From: Lama glama | Taxonomy: Eukaryota | NCBI GenBank assembly: GCA_028534125.1 | Contig: CM052817.1 | Span: 26,228,001-26,292,000, forward strand | Direction: 5' to 3' | DNA length: 64,000 nucleotides | Shown here: positions 12,470 through 26,448 of the stretch, one piece after another | Layout of the letters: each line of letters opens with the position of its first letter | Position numbering within the stretch: position 1 is the stretch's first letter | Made by a program: the position numbers and the translations under genes | Notes under the pieces: generated by a model | The model's input: only the letters and a program-made list of their open reading frames with translations | Databases searched by the model: none | Told to the model about the DNA's origin: nothing

Positions 12470-13050
12470 AGCAGTAACCATTCATCCAGCTGAATGCATA
12501 TTAGGTGCAGTGGCTACTGGGCACAGATTAGGGAACAAAACTGACACTGTTTCTGTCCTTAAGTAGATTAGTATGGTAGATGACTAATTTTTAAAAAAGT
12601 AAACAAACATTTAAGTACAGATTATCCTAAGAGCTAAGAGATCAAGGAAAAGGTCATTCAGAAAAAAATTAGAGGAAGCATCAATTTCTCACTGGTTCTT
12701 TTGGGGAATATTAGTTCAAACAGTATCAAAGCAGGACTTATCACATGAAAAGTAAAGTATTCTAGACAGAGGCAAGAGGCAGCATAAAGTACCTGAAGAA
12801 GGAAAGAGCTTGGAAGGATTAAGGAACTGTAATCATAAGGAGTGATGGGAGAGTGGTATAAGCTAGGAGACGCAAGCATGGGCCAGATGATGTGCCTCAT
12901 GGGAAATTTAAGAAATCTGATTTAATTCTAAGTGCTAATAAAAGTGACTGCAGGACTTTAAGGAGAAGACAAACATAATCCAAGTTATACTTTAAAAAGA
13001 TCAATCTGGCTGGTATACTGTGACTGGATTGGAAGGGAGCAAGAATGTTA
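12470..13050 (-). mobile_element. L2 fragment
   Basis: cattcatcc...gggccagatgatgtgcc...tttaaaaagatcaatctggctgg..ggattggaaggg. Confidence 0.6.
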
Positions 13051-13089
13051 ACAAGAATGTATAACTTCTACACAGCATCAGAAGTTGAA

Positions 13090-13530
13090 TTAGACAAGAA
13101 AAAGATAATTTAAAAATGGGCGAATATGAACAGGCAATTCAGAGAAGAGCACATCCAAATGATCAAGCAAAATACTGATAGTCAGAGAAATTCAAATTAA
13201 AACAACAACAGGGCATTCGTTTTGACAGTTAAAACTGAAAAAAAATCGAAAGAACTGTAAAACCTGTTATTAGTGGGTATGTAGAGAAAAAATTACCCTG
13301 GTGATGTCAAGTGTTCTGATTTTTCAAAAAAAATAAAATAAAATAAAGCAATATGGAAATATCTAAAATCTGTAATGTATTGACCAGCAATCCCACTACT
13401 GGGAACCTACCCCCTAGAAATAAAATCACCAGTAAACGTGTGTTTATGAAGAATATTTAATGCAACATTGTTTGTAGTGGCAAAAAAAAGAAGGAAAGGA
13501 AGCACTTATGTGTATTTGTAGAGAAAAAAC
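13090..13530 (+). mobile_element. Ancient L1 (L1ME-like) ORF2 3' remnant
   Basis: aaaaatgggcgaatatgaacaggcaattcagagaag...gaccagcaatcccactactggg. Confidence 0.65.
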
Positions 13531-13583
13531 TGAACAGATTAGGCTGTTTTAAAGGGGAAAAGAAGACTATTAAAAGTCATGCA

Positions 13584-13754
13584 AACAACAGGTTTCCTTT
13601 GTACAGCATAGGGAACTATATTCAATATCTTGTGGTAACCTATAATGAAAAAGAATATGAAAACGAATATATGTATGTATATGTATGACTGAAACATTAT
13701 GCTGCACACCAGAAATTGACACATTATAAACTGACTATACTTCAATAAAAAAAT
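13584..13754 (+). mobile_element. Short L1 3' tail (young type)
   Basis: gggaactatattcaatatcttg...gactatacttcaataaaaaaa; TSD aagtcatgca. Confidence 0.85.
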
Positions 13755-15460
13755 AAGTCATGCACGTGAGCATATTTAACATTTATGAATATTATGTACG
13801 TGTGCTCATGTATAAAGATGCAAAAGCCAAATGAAGAGGAAATCGGTCGCCAGCTACATGTGCGAAGAAAAAGACTATTAAAGGACAACATTGGTGGTAG
13901 TGCTTGCCCGCGTTCAAGGAATGTGCATGTCTTGTTTCTTCTTTTAACCACCTCCCTTATTCATCCTTCATACTACAATCTGATTTCCCTCACAGAGTAA
14001 ATAAAAGAAAATGTTCCAATGCATGAACATGCATATCCAGTTTGTTGGATAATATTTATATACATAACTAATGAATTTATGTATAAGTTTATGTATCAAT
14101 CTCTTTGAGAAATTAGTTAGCAAGAAATACTCCCTTGTATGTTTATCTCTTTTAGTATACTAGTAAGATTGTTTTTTTTGAACCTGCATGACGGAGGACG
14201 AGATCCTGGAAAGAAATGACCATATCATGTTATGGGAGACCTGAGTGAGAAGACTATCAGACTTTTGCCAAAACATAACCCCAGTCTCTTCAGGCTACAG
14301 CAGACCCTTTAAAAGATTCTTTGCAGGTATGATAAAGTTAAAATAAAGGTTTGGAACAATAAAATATTACAGATCAAAGTAACATTTTAGTGCTCAGAAA
14401 TTAGAACGTACATGTCCAATTTATCGTATATAGAATTTTACAGCAAAGGTTGGAAAGGCTATAGATAGCTGTTTCTACTAGATAAATACTTGCATCCTTG
14501 CACCACCTCTTAATCCATATTTTAAGTATGTTTAACTAAATGACTGTGGCAATATGCATTTCTGCATGTAAGTTTGTTTAGGCTGAATGTTTAATTCTAT
14601 ATAAGAACCCCACAATATTCAAATCTATTCGTTTCTGAATTCTAAGAGTTTTGACAGTGAGAGGTCCCTGTTACCTGAATCTACTAACATACTGATGTCC
14701 AGACAGCAAGCAGCAAGAGTTCGGATGGTGAGAGAGTGATCTAAAAATGTATCCATATCTATTCAATTTGAGTTCAGATAATGAGTTTGTATAGGAAAAG
14801 TTCAGCTACTGTGGAATAACTGTATAGTCCTATGTTTTACGATTTTGGAGGGCAATTCAATAAAACATTGATAAATACTATAGATATATGGTGGATAATG
14901 AAAAGCTAAGTATGTTGTCAAGAATATGATTCTGTGGGAAAACATCTAACCGTATCTTATGCCATTCCTCCTATCAGTGTTAGACTCCATTCTCTCCTGC
15001 CCCAAAATTGTTAAGAATATTGGGTGCAGTTAAAAGGTACAACATCAAAGAATGCAGCTGTTAAATAAAAACTTAAATGTATTTTAAAAAGTTAACTCAT
15101 TAGTTTAACTTTAAAAAATACAATAGAAACAGAATGTTGATCCCTGGAAGGAGTCAATAAAGTTTTGAAAACAAGATCTCAGAAACCTTCAGTTCCTGTT
15201 CTTTCAAAGTCCTGAGAGAAGTAGTGTGGGAGAAGGATACCATTACAGGTGACCACATAAATGCTGGTAAATGAAGACAGTGGATAAAGAATCATTTTTT
15301 GGAGAGTGGAAGCCAGTAGGTATAGCAGAGGGTGGTATATGCACATGTATATTATGCAGGATATATTATTACCCTTCAATGGTGGGTTTCTCACTCCTAT
15401 CATAAAATAGTAGTAAGAATCTCCATGGAAGAAGGCCACATGTTAAATTTTAAAATTTAC

Positions 15461-15569
15461 CTTAGTCTTTACTGGGTCAATATTCTTTACAGGTGTGACA
15501 GAAATAATTCTCACAGGATTCTCTTCATTTTCACTAACTCCAGTTTCTGCTGCCTCTGAACTCTGTTCC
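15461..15569 (-). CDS. PDS5A: PDS5A exon, 109 nt: [36 protein letters not shown]
   Basis: CAG / GTAAAT, phase 2 to 0. Confidence 0.95.
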
Positions 15570-16571
15570 CTGTTGAAGAGAAATAAACCAAAGCTTCCTT
15601 ATTTCACCACACGAATAGAAAGTTTACTCTTTTGCTATACCAATAAAGAACCAAGAGGCTCAGAGTGCCTTAGAAGCCTGACCAAGTGAGGTAACGTCAG
15701 CAAGATTCAGACCTTTTGTGGTTACAGACTGTTGCTCTCTTGTATCATGCTGTGGATTTCCATTTAACCTTACTACTGTCAGTCAGAAATGACTGCCTAA
15801 AACCACTGGAGAGAAAGATTACTTGTCAAGAAAACAACACAACTATTCTCTCTGTTGACGGCAGGAAACCCTAAAACAAAAACATGACAGATGAGAGGAC
15901 AGTAGTCTCCAGTCTATGTTCTTAGTGCTCCACAGAGGAGGGGCTGCAGGAAGAGGCCCTACCATCTCTGTAAACCACAGATAGTCCGTTACTTTTTTCA
16001 TATTTGGGGATTCTATGAATAAAAATGTGTTCAGAATACCACCAGTTGAATATAGTCTTAAAATTTCATGAGTTAGAATAAAATCTTTAAAAGCCTCAAT
16101 ATTTAGTGGTGGTAACAGTAGGGTCATGTGGAAATTCTTATGCAGTAGCTAAGATGGAAAAAAACAGCAGACAGAATCTTTTTATTAAGTGGGAAAGAGA
16201 ATGTTATTAACAATGTTATCTTAATTCATGCTACAGCAATTTTCTTGAGTTAAAAATTAAAAATTAAAAAACATATAAATTCAATTTCAGTTTTCCTAAA
16301 TATTAAATTTCCACATATGCCCAGATTTCCAAAATAGTTGTATTACAAATTCTTCCATTTTTTCCATTTAACTTTTCTACACTTAGAATGCTACACAATG
16401 TCTATATTACACTCTCAATTTCCCCCATTTATTATACTAAAATTCACACTATTATTTTGTACCAAGACATTTCTAAAAGTATTTTTCTGATATAGTGCTT
16501 TAAGGAAAAAAGCTGAAAGATGAACCAAGTATTGAGTGATACTAATAAAAACAACTGGAGAAAAAAATTGC

Positions 16572-16717
16572 CTTGATCGATTTCCGGTTGAAGGGTTCAG
16601 CTCTGAATTTACATTGATATTGCTTCCAGTCTCAGCTCCAGTGCTTCTAACATATGGTTTCCTTCCCGTTGCTGATAAAGGCTTGTTCACTGCACCTAGT
16701 ACTCCAGCAGGTTTCGG
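16572..16717 (-). CDS. PDS5A: PDS5A exon, 146 nt: [48 protein letters not shown](R); non-canonical GC donor
   Basis: Overlaps ORF 16415-16690; AG acceptor; donor AAG|GCAATT is needed to keep frame with the next exon. Confidence 0.93.
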
Positions 16718-17443
16718 CTAAAAATTACACATATGCATGTTATTTTATACTTTACTAAGGAATACATATAAATTTGGACACATGTGAGAGAGATTATTTT
16801 GCTTAAGCCCGGGAATTGTTGTTAATTTGGAAAACTGAACCCTAAATTTATTAGAAATGGTAATTCTGTAAAACTGTTCATCTGAACATAATTACAAGTA
16901 TAGGCATTACCTCTAATTAATAATAATTAAGCAATATTTAATTATTCCTTATTGCTCAATCAAAATAAAAGCACCCCTAAAACACAGTGAAATATATAAT
17001 AAATAAGACATAATAAAATATCTTAGAGATAAACTATTGAATATATACAGTAATAGTTTAGATACTGTTTATCAAAAATTAAACTTCCTTTTGCTCTTTT
17101 AGGTGTCATATTACCTTTCAGAATATAAATGATCTAATTCATTAATACTTGAAAATGATTTCTTTAGCTTCCATATCTAAATTTATTGTATCATTCTTCA
17201 GGGAAATCTGTTTTGTGGATTCTAAATAACTTGAAGCCTGTCAGTACTGACGAGAACACATGGTCATAATTCAAAAGTGGTTCATGGCAGAAAACAGCCT
17301 GAGAACAAATGCTACAATCCACAATATGATCCCTGAAAATCAGGAACTATAAAATGTGGGGAATATTTAAATGTTATTTCTAAGACTAGCAGAAGTAATA
17401 TGCACATGAGATAAAGACCCCCAAATTATTTAGTACATAATAC

Positions 17444-17506
17444 CTTTCCTGTTAATAGAAGTACTCTTGTCTCTTCTGAAATGTAACTCTTGTCATTACA
17501 AAAGTC
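17444..17506 (-). CDS. PDS5A: PDS5A exon, 63 nt: DFCNDKSYISEETRVLLLTGK
   Basis: CAG / GTATTA, phase 0 to 0. Confidence 0.95.
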
Positions 17507-19558
17507 CTGTCCCAAAAAAAAAAAAGTGAACATGCATACGTGTACTTTTACTGTCCATTTTAAGAGTTTTCAGGCATTGTGCCTTACAATGACAATTTCA
17601 TTTGTGCTGAAAAACATATCAAATAATCAAATAATCATAGCACAATTAAGAACCATACCATGAGTCTAGTTTTAAAATTAAAAAAAATAGCACATAAAAC
17701 TTAGGCAGATGTCAGAGATAAGTTACTTAAACCACATTTTAAATGAAACAATTCTATTTTTTCATATGGTTCAGGACAGAGAGTCTACAGTTTATTCAGT
17801 GAACTACCTCCTCTTCTATTCTATTATAAAAATGCCCTGGGAATAGCACACAACTAAACCCTCATGGTGTCACAGAAGCAAAATGACTTACTGCAATTAG
17901 GAAGTTCATTAATTTTTAAGTAATCTCACTTAAAAGTTAGTTTTTCTTTTACTGTTTACCTTCACAGTAGTGTCACAGAAAAGAACGAAGGGCTTAAATG
18001 TGCCTAAAAGAAATCACATTTTTGGAATGTTTTCTGGGCAAAGCTTTATCTTTTTTCCTTTCTTATGTTTCCCCACAAAGGCATTTATGCAGCTAAAATA
18101 AATGTTACAAATCCTGGGCATCAAAATTCATTCATTTTACTCATGAAGATACTCTATAGCCTCACTTAGCTCATTATCTTAATATGCCTAGTTTTCTACT
18201 GTTTTAATTTACACCAGATTAAAAGCAACATGTTAGAAAAGGAAATGAGGAAATCTGCTTACTGAAAACAGGGAAAACCTAAGCTATTATACTAAGAAGG
18301 CTAAAAACACTCTAAACTTCATATCAAAACAAATACAATGAGAATTATCTACAGTGACAAACAGCAATTTTAATTCTTGATGATGGGATTACTGTTGTAT
18401 AAAGATTTATTTGTACTATTCCAATAATAATAGCCCTAGGTCAACAACAAAGTAAATTTAAACTCAGGGGTTCACTTAGGAATATTTATAAAGACCAGTA
18501 AATTCAATTAGAGGGCAAATAACTTTGTAATCCTTTAATTCCAATCAAAAACCAGGCACAGTAAATTCTGAAAACTAAAATCTGAGTAAAATTTTTGTCA
18601 AAGTATGGCATCCCAAGTGGAAGCTCCATTTCTCACAGTGTTCCTCCGTAAAATACTCTAAGGGGAGTATTACTCTGAAACATATCTTCAGGTTTGATAA
18701 TGTGTAGAAAAAAATTTTTAATGCCATATTTTTCCAATTAAAAATATTTAGGATTTTGTTTCTTAGACAAAGCATAGGAAAGTTAAAATTTAAAATACCA
18801 CCTTAAAGCAGAAGACAAATAAAAAAAGACATTCTTTTAAAAAAAGTTTTTAAATTCAAATTAGTTGGGAAAACTTAAAGAGCTTTAGTGAGCTGGAAAA
18901 TTTAATAACATGGAAAACTTCATTTGTTGATAGCAGAATAAATGTACTATGTATTAATTATTAATAATACTATTTATTAATAAATGCTTACTATGTGACA
19001 AAGTCTTAGAAACCTAGATATATTAGTAATTGTTCACCTACGGTTTAGAGATGAAGAAATTGAGGCTTTAGAGAGTTTAGAGAGTTAACTTGTGTAAATA
19101 AAGTTCCTCAGGTTGGAAGCGGTTGACCAGAATCCAGGTCTATCAATGACCAAGACCAATTCGGTTAACTCTAACATTTTACTTCATACATAGATGTATA
19201 TATGTTTACACCGTATCAAACATTTTGTTTACTTCTTGTCTGAAAAAATACTAACAGTGTTTTAATAAAATGAGATGAAAACAAAGAAATCTGAAAATTC
19301 CTCTTACATACTAGAAATATCCAGAAGGAAAAGCTCACATAGGAACACCACCACCAAGCTCGATTTGTATTCTCTACTCTGTAAGGTGAGAATGATATTT
19401 TTCAGGCTTTGGAAGACAATCTCTCATTTCTTGATAAACTCGTAGAGGTATTTTTTTTTAACTCTGTAGTCAAGACAGTCCAATATGTGCCACTAGGGCT
19501 GATGGTAACACATTTAAATCAGTTTAGTGAGGTAAAAAAATGAGGGGATGAAAATTAC

Positions 19559-19678
19559 CTTTTCGGGTTGTGTAAAAAATTTCATTGGAAGGACTGGATC
19601 CTTTGGTGAATCTGCATTGCACAAAGCACTTTTACTATTTATAACACACAGGGCAACATCACATACTGTATAAAGTTT
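19559..19678 (-). CDS. PDS5A: PDS5A exon, 120 nt: [40 protein letters not shown]
   Basis: AG / GTAATT, phase 0 to 0. Confidence 0.96.
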
Positions 19679-20197
19679 CTAGGGAGGAAAAAGAAAGATC
19701 ATATATAACCTTCATTAGTGCAAAACAGCCACAAGTACCCAGTGTATAAAGTGGAATCAAAAGAATAATATGTGGTTATTCCATGAATATTCTGCATTTG
19801 TGTTTGGCATTTCCTCCTAGTAAACAACAACAAAAACCCTTCATCTTAATTTAATATGAATATCAAGAACACATTAAAAATACCAAACCAAACTAAATGA
19901 AACATACAAACAGAATATCTACTTGTCTGCGACTCTTACTAAAAGGTCATAAGATAGCATGGTTATAAATTTTACAAGTTCTTATCCCCATGCTCTATAG
20001 ATGTTTTAGTATCTTTTCCAGAATAATACACATTCTTGAATTAATAGAATTCAATTTTAATGAAATGAAAAACTGACTATAACTTTTTATAAATATGCTA
20101 TAACCTATTTTATTATATAACAGGAAAAATAATTGGGACAAGGGTCATATTTTTTCCTCTAACATCTTAATACCCATTGGTCTAATACATATCTTAC

Positions 20198-20330
20198 TTC
20201 ATTTGTCTTGGATTCATCTGGAGACTGGGCATCTTTTGTTAGTTTGATGTTCTCTGCCATCTTCTTCATAAAGGCATGGCTATTATTTTCATTCTTTGTC
20301 ATTAAAACTTCAAGCATGAACCATAGGCAC
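20198..20330 (-). CDS. PDS5A: PDS5A exon, 133 nt: [44 protein letters not shown]
   Basis: AG / GTAAGA, phase 2 to 0. Confidence 0.96.
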
Positions 20331-20660
20331 CTAAATGGTAAACATATTCACTTGGTAAAGAGACTAACTGTAGTTGCTTTTGCTAATAGATTAAATATAT
20401 TACTTGGAAGCTCTGTTGTCCAAATACAACAAGAGTAAAATATAGAGAAAACTCTAATGAGAGTAATAAAAATAACTTGCTAATAATATTCAATTCAAAT
20501 GGAATATTACATCTCAAAGTAAAATAGTCAAAGTGAAAATGTTGCTTAATATGAGAAAGTCTGATGGTTTCATGAAGCACATAAAGATTCATTCTATAGG
20601 TATTTAATAAACATTCAGATGATATGATGTGTATTAATGCCCAGCAATGATGAACAAACC

Positions 20661-20692
20661 AGCATATAGCATATAGCATATATAGCATATAG
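20661..20692. repeat. Short tandem repeat (agcatat)~4
   Basis: agcatatagcatatagcatatatagcatatag. Confidence 0.8.
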
Positions 20693-20934
20693 TCTTATGA
20701 TTTTTATTATTTGCAAGCTATACAGAAGATCTAGGATTTGTATGTAATTCTACTGTGACATAACTGAATTTCATGTGCGTTGAGGCTAGTGTGCATAGTA
20801 ACCAATCATTCAGCTTAAACAGTCATATCTCAAGCCATTTTTGCTGTTTTCCACTTGTTATTGTGTATTTATTTAATACACAAAGTGAATTCTTGTCTCT
20901 TTTGTTCTTCTGTGTATGAAGCTCCATTGTATCT

Positions 20935-21050
20935 GCAGTCCCACCAACTGTGGATCTTGTAGTACTGCTGTATTTACTATTGAAAAACATCTGCATATAA
21001 GTGAAGCCACAGAGTTCCAACCTGTGTTCTTCCCAAGAGTCAATTGTAAA
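20935..21050 (+). mobile_element. Tigger (Tigger3/Golem-like) 3' terminal fragment
   Basis: gtatttactattgaaaaacatctgcatataagtg...cagagttccaacctgtgttcttcccaagagtcaattgta. Confidence 0.65.
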
Positions 21051-22338
21051 TACAAAAAATAGAGGCAGTCATGGAGGAATTAAATAACAAAAAATATACA
21101 TGTAAGATAGAAAAGTGTATGGCATAAGTAATTCCTTCCTTATCAGTGACTATTTTAAAATGAAAGTAGATTAAATCCTCCAATTAAAAAGCAGAGATAT
21201 AGAGAGTGGATTAAGTAAAACAAACAAACACCAAACAACCACCTATATTCTATCTCTGAGACTCACTTTAGATACAAAAACATAAAATATTTGAAAGTAA
21301 AAGAATGGAAAAAGTATATTTCATGCAAATAGTAACCAAAAGGGAACAGGTGGCTATTTTATGATCAAACTGGATTTAAAATTAAAAAAAACAAAAAAAG
21401 ATTGCAAGAGACCCAGAACTCTATTGATGAAAGGATGAAAGGTTCAACCCAGTAAGAAAATATGACTATTGTAAACACATACAAACCTAACAACAGAACC
21501 CCCAAAATCTGTGCAACAAAATTGACAGAACTGAAGGGAAAAATACATAGTTCTACAATAATAATCAGATATTTCAATACCATGCTTTCAATAATGGACA
21601 GAAAAAATAGAAGGAAACCAAAGAAAATAGAAAATTTGAACAACACTATAAACAAATCAGACATGCCAGACATACATGGAACACCCCAACTAACAACAAT
21701 ACAAATTTTTCTCAAGTGCACATGGAATATTCTCTAGAATAGACCATATGGTAGGCCACAAAAGAAGTCTTAATACATTTTAAAAGACTGAAATTATAAA
21801 AAGTATCTTTTCTGACCAGAATGGCATGAAATCAGAAGTCAGTAACAGAAAACAGGGAAAACTGGAAAACTCCACATACATATAACCCACATACTTTTAA
21901 ATAACCAATGGGTCAAAGAAGAAATCACAAGGAAAACTAGAAACTACCTTGAAACAAATAAAACAAAACCAACATACCACAACTTACAGGATTCAGTACT
22001 GGTAATGCTAAAAGGAAAATTTATCACTGAAAACACCCTACATTAAAAAAAACTAAATCTCAATGAATATCCTAACTGTACATCTTAAGAAACCACACAC
22101 CTTGACTAGAAAAAGAAAAGCAAACTAAACCCAAAGCTAGCAAAAGGAAGGAAATAGTAAATGAAATAGAAGACAGGAAAAGAGAAAAACCAATGGGACC
22201 CAGTTATTTTTTAAAAAATCTAAAAAACTGGCAGGATTTTTTTACTAGACTGGCAAAGAAAATAAGACAAATCACTAAAATGAGGAATGAAAGAGGTGAC
22301 ATTAGTACCCACTTTACGGAAATAAAAAAGAATTATAA

Positions 22339-22448
22339 AAGAAGAATATGAAAAAGAATATATATGTATAAATGAATCACTATGCTGTATACCAAAAATT
22401 TACACATTGTAAATCAACTATACTTCAATAAAAAATTAAACCAGAAAA
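22339..22448 (+). mobile_element. Very short L1 3' tail inserted in the older L1
   Basis: gaatcactatgctgtatacc...caactatacttcaataaaaaa; approximate TSD aaataaaaa(a)gRattataa. Confidence 0.75.
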
Positions 22449-24662
22449 AAAATAAAAAGGATTATAAGCAAATACTATGAACAACTCCAAATCAACAAAA
22501 TGAATAACCAAAACAAGTTAACAAATCTCTAGAAACACATAAACTAGCAAAATTGACTTAAGAAACAGAAAATCTGAAAATACCTATAAGGAGACTGAAT
22601 CAGTAATTTAAAAACTCACAAAAAAGAAAAGCCCAGTCCAGATGCATTCAAAGAAAAATTAACACCAGTCCTTCTCAAACTCTTAAAAAAACTGAAGAGG
22701 AGAGAATGGTTCCTAACTCATTCTATGAGGCCAGAATTACCCTAAAAACAAAGCCAGACAAAGATACTACAAGAAAACTATAAGCCAATATTCTTTATTA
22801 ATACAGACATAAAAATCCTCAAAAAATACTATCAAAACAGAATCAGCAGCATATTAAAAGGGCTATACCACGACCAAGTGGAATTTATCCTGTGAATATA
22901 AGGGTGACTCAACATTTGAAAATCAAGCAATTACAGAATGAAGGGGGAACATCACATGATCATCTCAATTAATGCAGAAAAAGTATTTGAAAAAGTTCAG
23001 CATCTTTTCATGATAAAAACCCTCAATAAACTAAGATGAGATGGGAATTCTCAATATGAAAAAGGCCATATATAAAAAACCCACAGCTAAAAACATAGTC
23101 AGTGGTAAAAGGCTGAAAGCTTTCCCTGAAGATAAAGAACAAGACAAGGATGCCGGCTTTTGTCACTTCGACATAGTACTGAAGTTCTTGTTAGAGCAAT
23201 CAGAAAAGAAAGAAAAGGTACTGAAACTGAAAAGGAAGAAGTACAACTACTTCTCTTTGCGAGTGACATAATCTTATATGCAGAAAAACCATAAAGAATC
23301 CACACAAAAAAACTGTTATTAGACATTACATAGCATCAAAAAGAAGAAGATATTTAGGAATAAATTTAACCAAGGAAAAATGAGATAACTATAAAAGAGT
23401 GATTAAAAAAAAAAGACTTAAGTAAATAGAAAGAAATCCTGGGTTCACAGGTTGGAAAACTTAATATTGTTAAGATGGCAATAACACCCAAAGTAACAAA
23501 CAGATTCCATACAATCCCTACCAAAACCTCATTTGGCATTTCTTGCACAAATGGGAAAACACATCCTAAAATTCGTATGAAATTTCAAGGAACCCCGAAC
23601 TGCCAAAACAATCTTGAACAAAGATGGAGAATATGTCCCAAAGTTAAAACTTACTATAAATCTATAAATAAAACAGTATGGTACTGGCATAAGGATAGAT
23701 ATACAGACATAATGAACGGAATTGAGAACCCAGAAATAAATCCTTACATATATGGTGAAATGATTTTAACAAGCGTGCTAAGGCCAATCCATGGGGAAAG
23801 AGCAGTTCTTTCAACAAGTGGTACTGGGAAAGCTGGATATTCATAAGCAAAAGAATGAATCCGGACCCTTACCTTATAGTATATACAAAACTAAACTAAA
23901 AGTGGACTAACTGGACTAAATATCTTAATTCAAGAGCTAAAACTGTAAAACTCTTAGAAAAATAGTAGCAAAACTTCATTAATTTGAATTTGGCAATGGT
24001 TTTCTTAAAAATGACAACAAAATTATAGAAAATAAAAAGAAAAAAATCAATAAACCTGACTTCATTAAAAATGTCTGTGCATCAAAGGACAGTATCAAGA
24101 GTTTAAATCATATATTGGTTAAGGGATTAATATCCAGCTATATAAAGAACTCCTACAACTCAACAATAAGACAACCCAATTTAAAAATGGGCAAGGACTT
24201 GAATAGACCATTCCTCTAAAGAGGAAGGATAAAAAATGGCCAATAGCACATGAAAAGATACTACAAATCACTAATCATCAGGGAGATGCTAGTCAAAAGC
24301 ATAATGAGATATCACATCACCTATTAGGAAGGTATTTAAAAACAATAAATACAGATTAGGATGTGTAGAAACTGGGAACTCCTGGCACTGCTGGTAGGAA
24401 TGTAAAATGGTGTAGCTGCTGAGGAAAACAATTTGGTGGGTCTTCAAAAAGTTCAACACAGAATTAGCATCTCACCCAGCTGATTCCACTCACAAGTATT
24501 ATACACCCGAAAGACTGAAAAACAGGGATTCAAATAGATACTTACATGTCAATGTTCATATCAGCATTATTCACAATAACCAAAAGGTGGAAACAGCTTA
24601 GGGTCCATCAAAAGATAAATGGATGAACAAAATGTGGTATGTGCATACAATGGAATATTATT

Positions 24663-26448
24663 ATTTTAATTGAAGTATTGGTGATTTACAAGGTTGTGTT
24701 AACTTCTGATATACAGCAAAGTGATTCAGTTATACATATTTTTTTTTTCAGATTTTTTCATTGTAATTTATTACAAGGTACTGAATATAGTTTCCTGTAA
24801 TATACAGTACGACCTTGTTGTTTATTTTATATATTATGTGTCTGCTAATCTCAAACTCCTAATTTATCCCCTTTCCCCCACCCTTTGGTAGCCATAAGTT
24901 TGTTTTCTATGTCTGTGAGTCTCTTTCTGTTTTGTAAATTAAGTTCATCTGCATCCTTTTTTTAGATTCTACATATAAGTGATATCATATATTTGTCTCT
25001 GTCTGACTCACTTCACTTAGTATGATAATCTCTGGATCCATCCATGTTGCTGCAAATGGCATTATCTCATTCTTTTTTATGGCTGAGTAATACTCCATTG
25101 TGTATAAGTACACAAAATCTTTACCCATTCATTGATCAATGAACATTTAGACTGCTTCCATATCTTGGCTATTGTAAATAGTGCTGCTATGAACACTGGG
25201 GTGGATGTATCTTTTTGAAACTGAGTTTCCTCTGGGTATATGCCCAGGAGTGGGATTGCTGGGTCACATGGTAATTCTAGTTTTAGTTTTTTAAGGAACC
25301 TCCATCCTGTTCTCCATAGTGGCTGCACCAATTTACATTCCCACCAACAATCTTGGAGATTCCCTTTTCTCCACACCCTCTCCAGCATTTATATTTGTAG
25401 ACTTTTTTATGATGGCCATTTTGACTAGTGTGAGGTGATACCTCACTGTAGTTTTGATTTGCATTTTTCTAATAATTAGCGATGATGAACATCTTTTCAT
25501 GTTCCTGTTGGCCATCTGTATGTCTTCTTTGGAGAAATGTCTATTTATGTCTTCTGCCCACTTTTTGATTGGGTTGTTTCCTTTTTTGATATTAAGCTAT
25601 ATGAGCTGTTCGCATATTTTGGAAATTAATCCCTTGTTGGTAGTAACATTTACAAATATTTTCTCCCATTCCGTAGGTTGTCTTTTCATTTTATTTATGG
25701 TTTTCTTTGTAGTGCAAAAGCTTTTAAGTTTGATTAGGTCCCATTTGTTTATCTTTGCTTTATTTCTTTTGTCTTGGGAGACTGACCTAAGAAAACTTTG
25801 CTATGATTTATGTCAGAATACTTTACCTATGTTCTCTTCTAGGAGTTTTATGGTGTCATGTCTTATATTTAAGTCTTTAAGCCATTTTGAGTTTATTTTT
25901 GTATAGGGTGTGAGGGAGTATTTCAACTTCATGATTTACATGTGGCTGTCCAGCTTTCCCTATATCACTGTCTTTTCTCCATTGTATATTCTTGCCTCCT
26001 TTGTCAAAGATTAATTGGCTGTGGGTGTGTGGGTTCATTTCTGTGCTATTATGTTCCATTGATCTATGTCTGTTTTTTGTGTCAATACTATGCTGTTTTT
26101 GATTACTGTAGCTTTGTAGTACTGTCTGAAGTCTGGGAATCTTATGCCTCCAGCTTTGTTCCTTTTCTTTAGAATTTCTTTGGCAATTCTGGGTCTTTGG
26201 TGGTTCCATATAAATTTTAGAATTATTTGTTCTAGTTCTGTGAAAAATGTCATGGGTAATCTGATAGGGATCACATTAAGTCTACAGATTGCTTTGGGCA
26301 GTATAGCCATTTTAATATTAATTCTTCTAATCCAAAAGCATGGGATACTTTTCCATTTCTTTGAATCATCTTCAATTTCCTTTATCAATGTTTTATAGTT
26401 CTCACTATGTAAGTCTTCTACATCTTTGGTCAGGTTTATTCCTATTTT
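24663..26448 (-). mobile_element. Younger 5'-truncated L1 (ORF2 C-terminus and 3'UTR) nested antisense in the older L1
   Basis: ORFs 25077-25388, 25333-25515 and 26035-26493 are L1 ORF2 C-terminus; 15-bp TSD caatggaatattatt at 24648-24662 and 26449-26463. Confidence 0.92.

Noticed and set aside
13840..13915. Small CpG cluster in an AT-rich intron
   Set aside because: Far too short for a CpG island, with no other support.
25454..25906. 150-aa hydrophobic ORF and neighbouring + strand ORFs
   Set aside because: Antisense frames of L1 ORF2, a well-known artefact.
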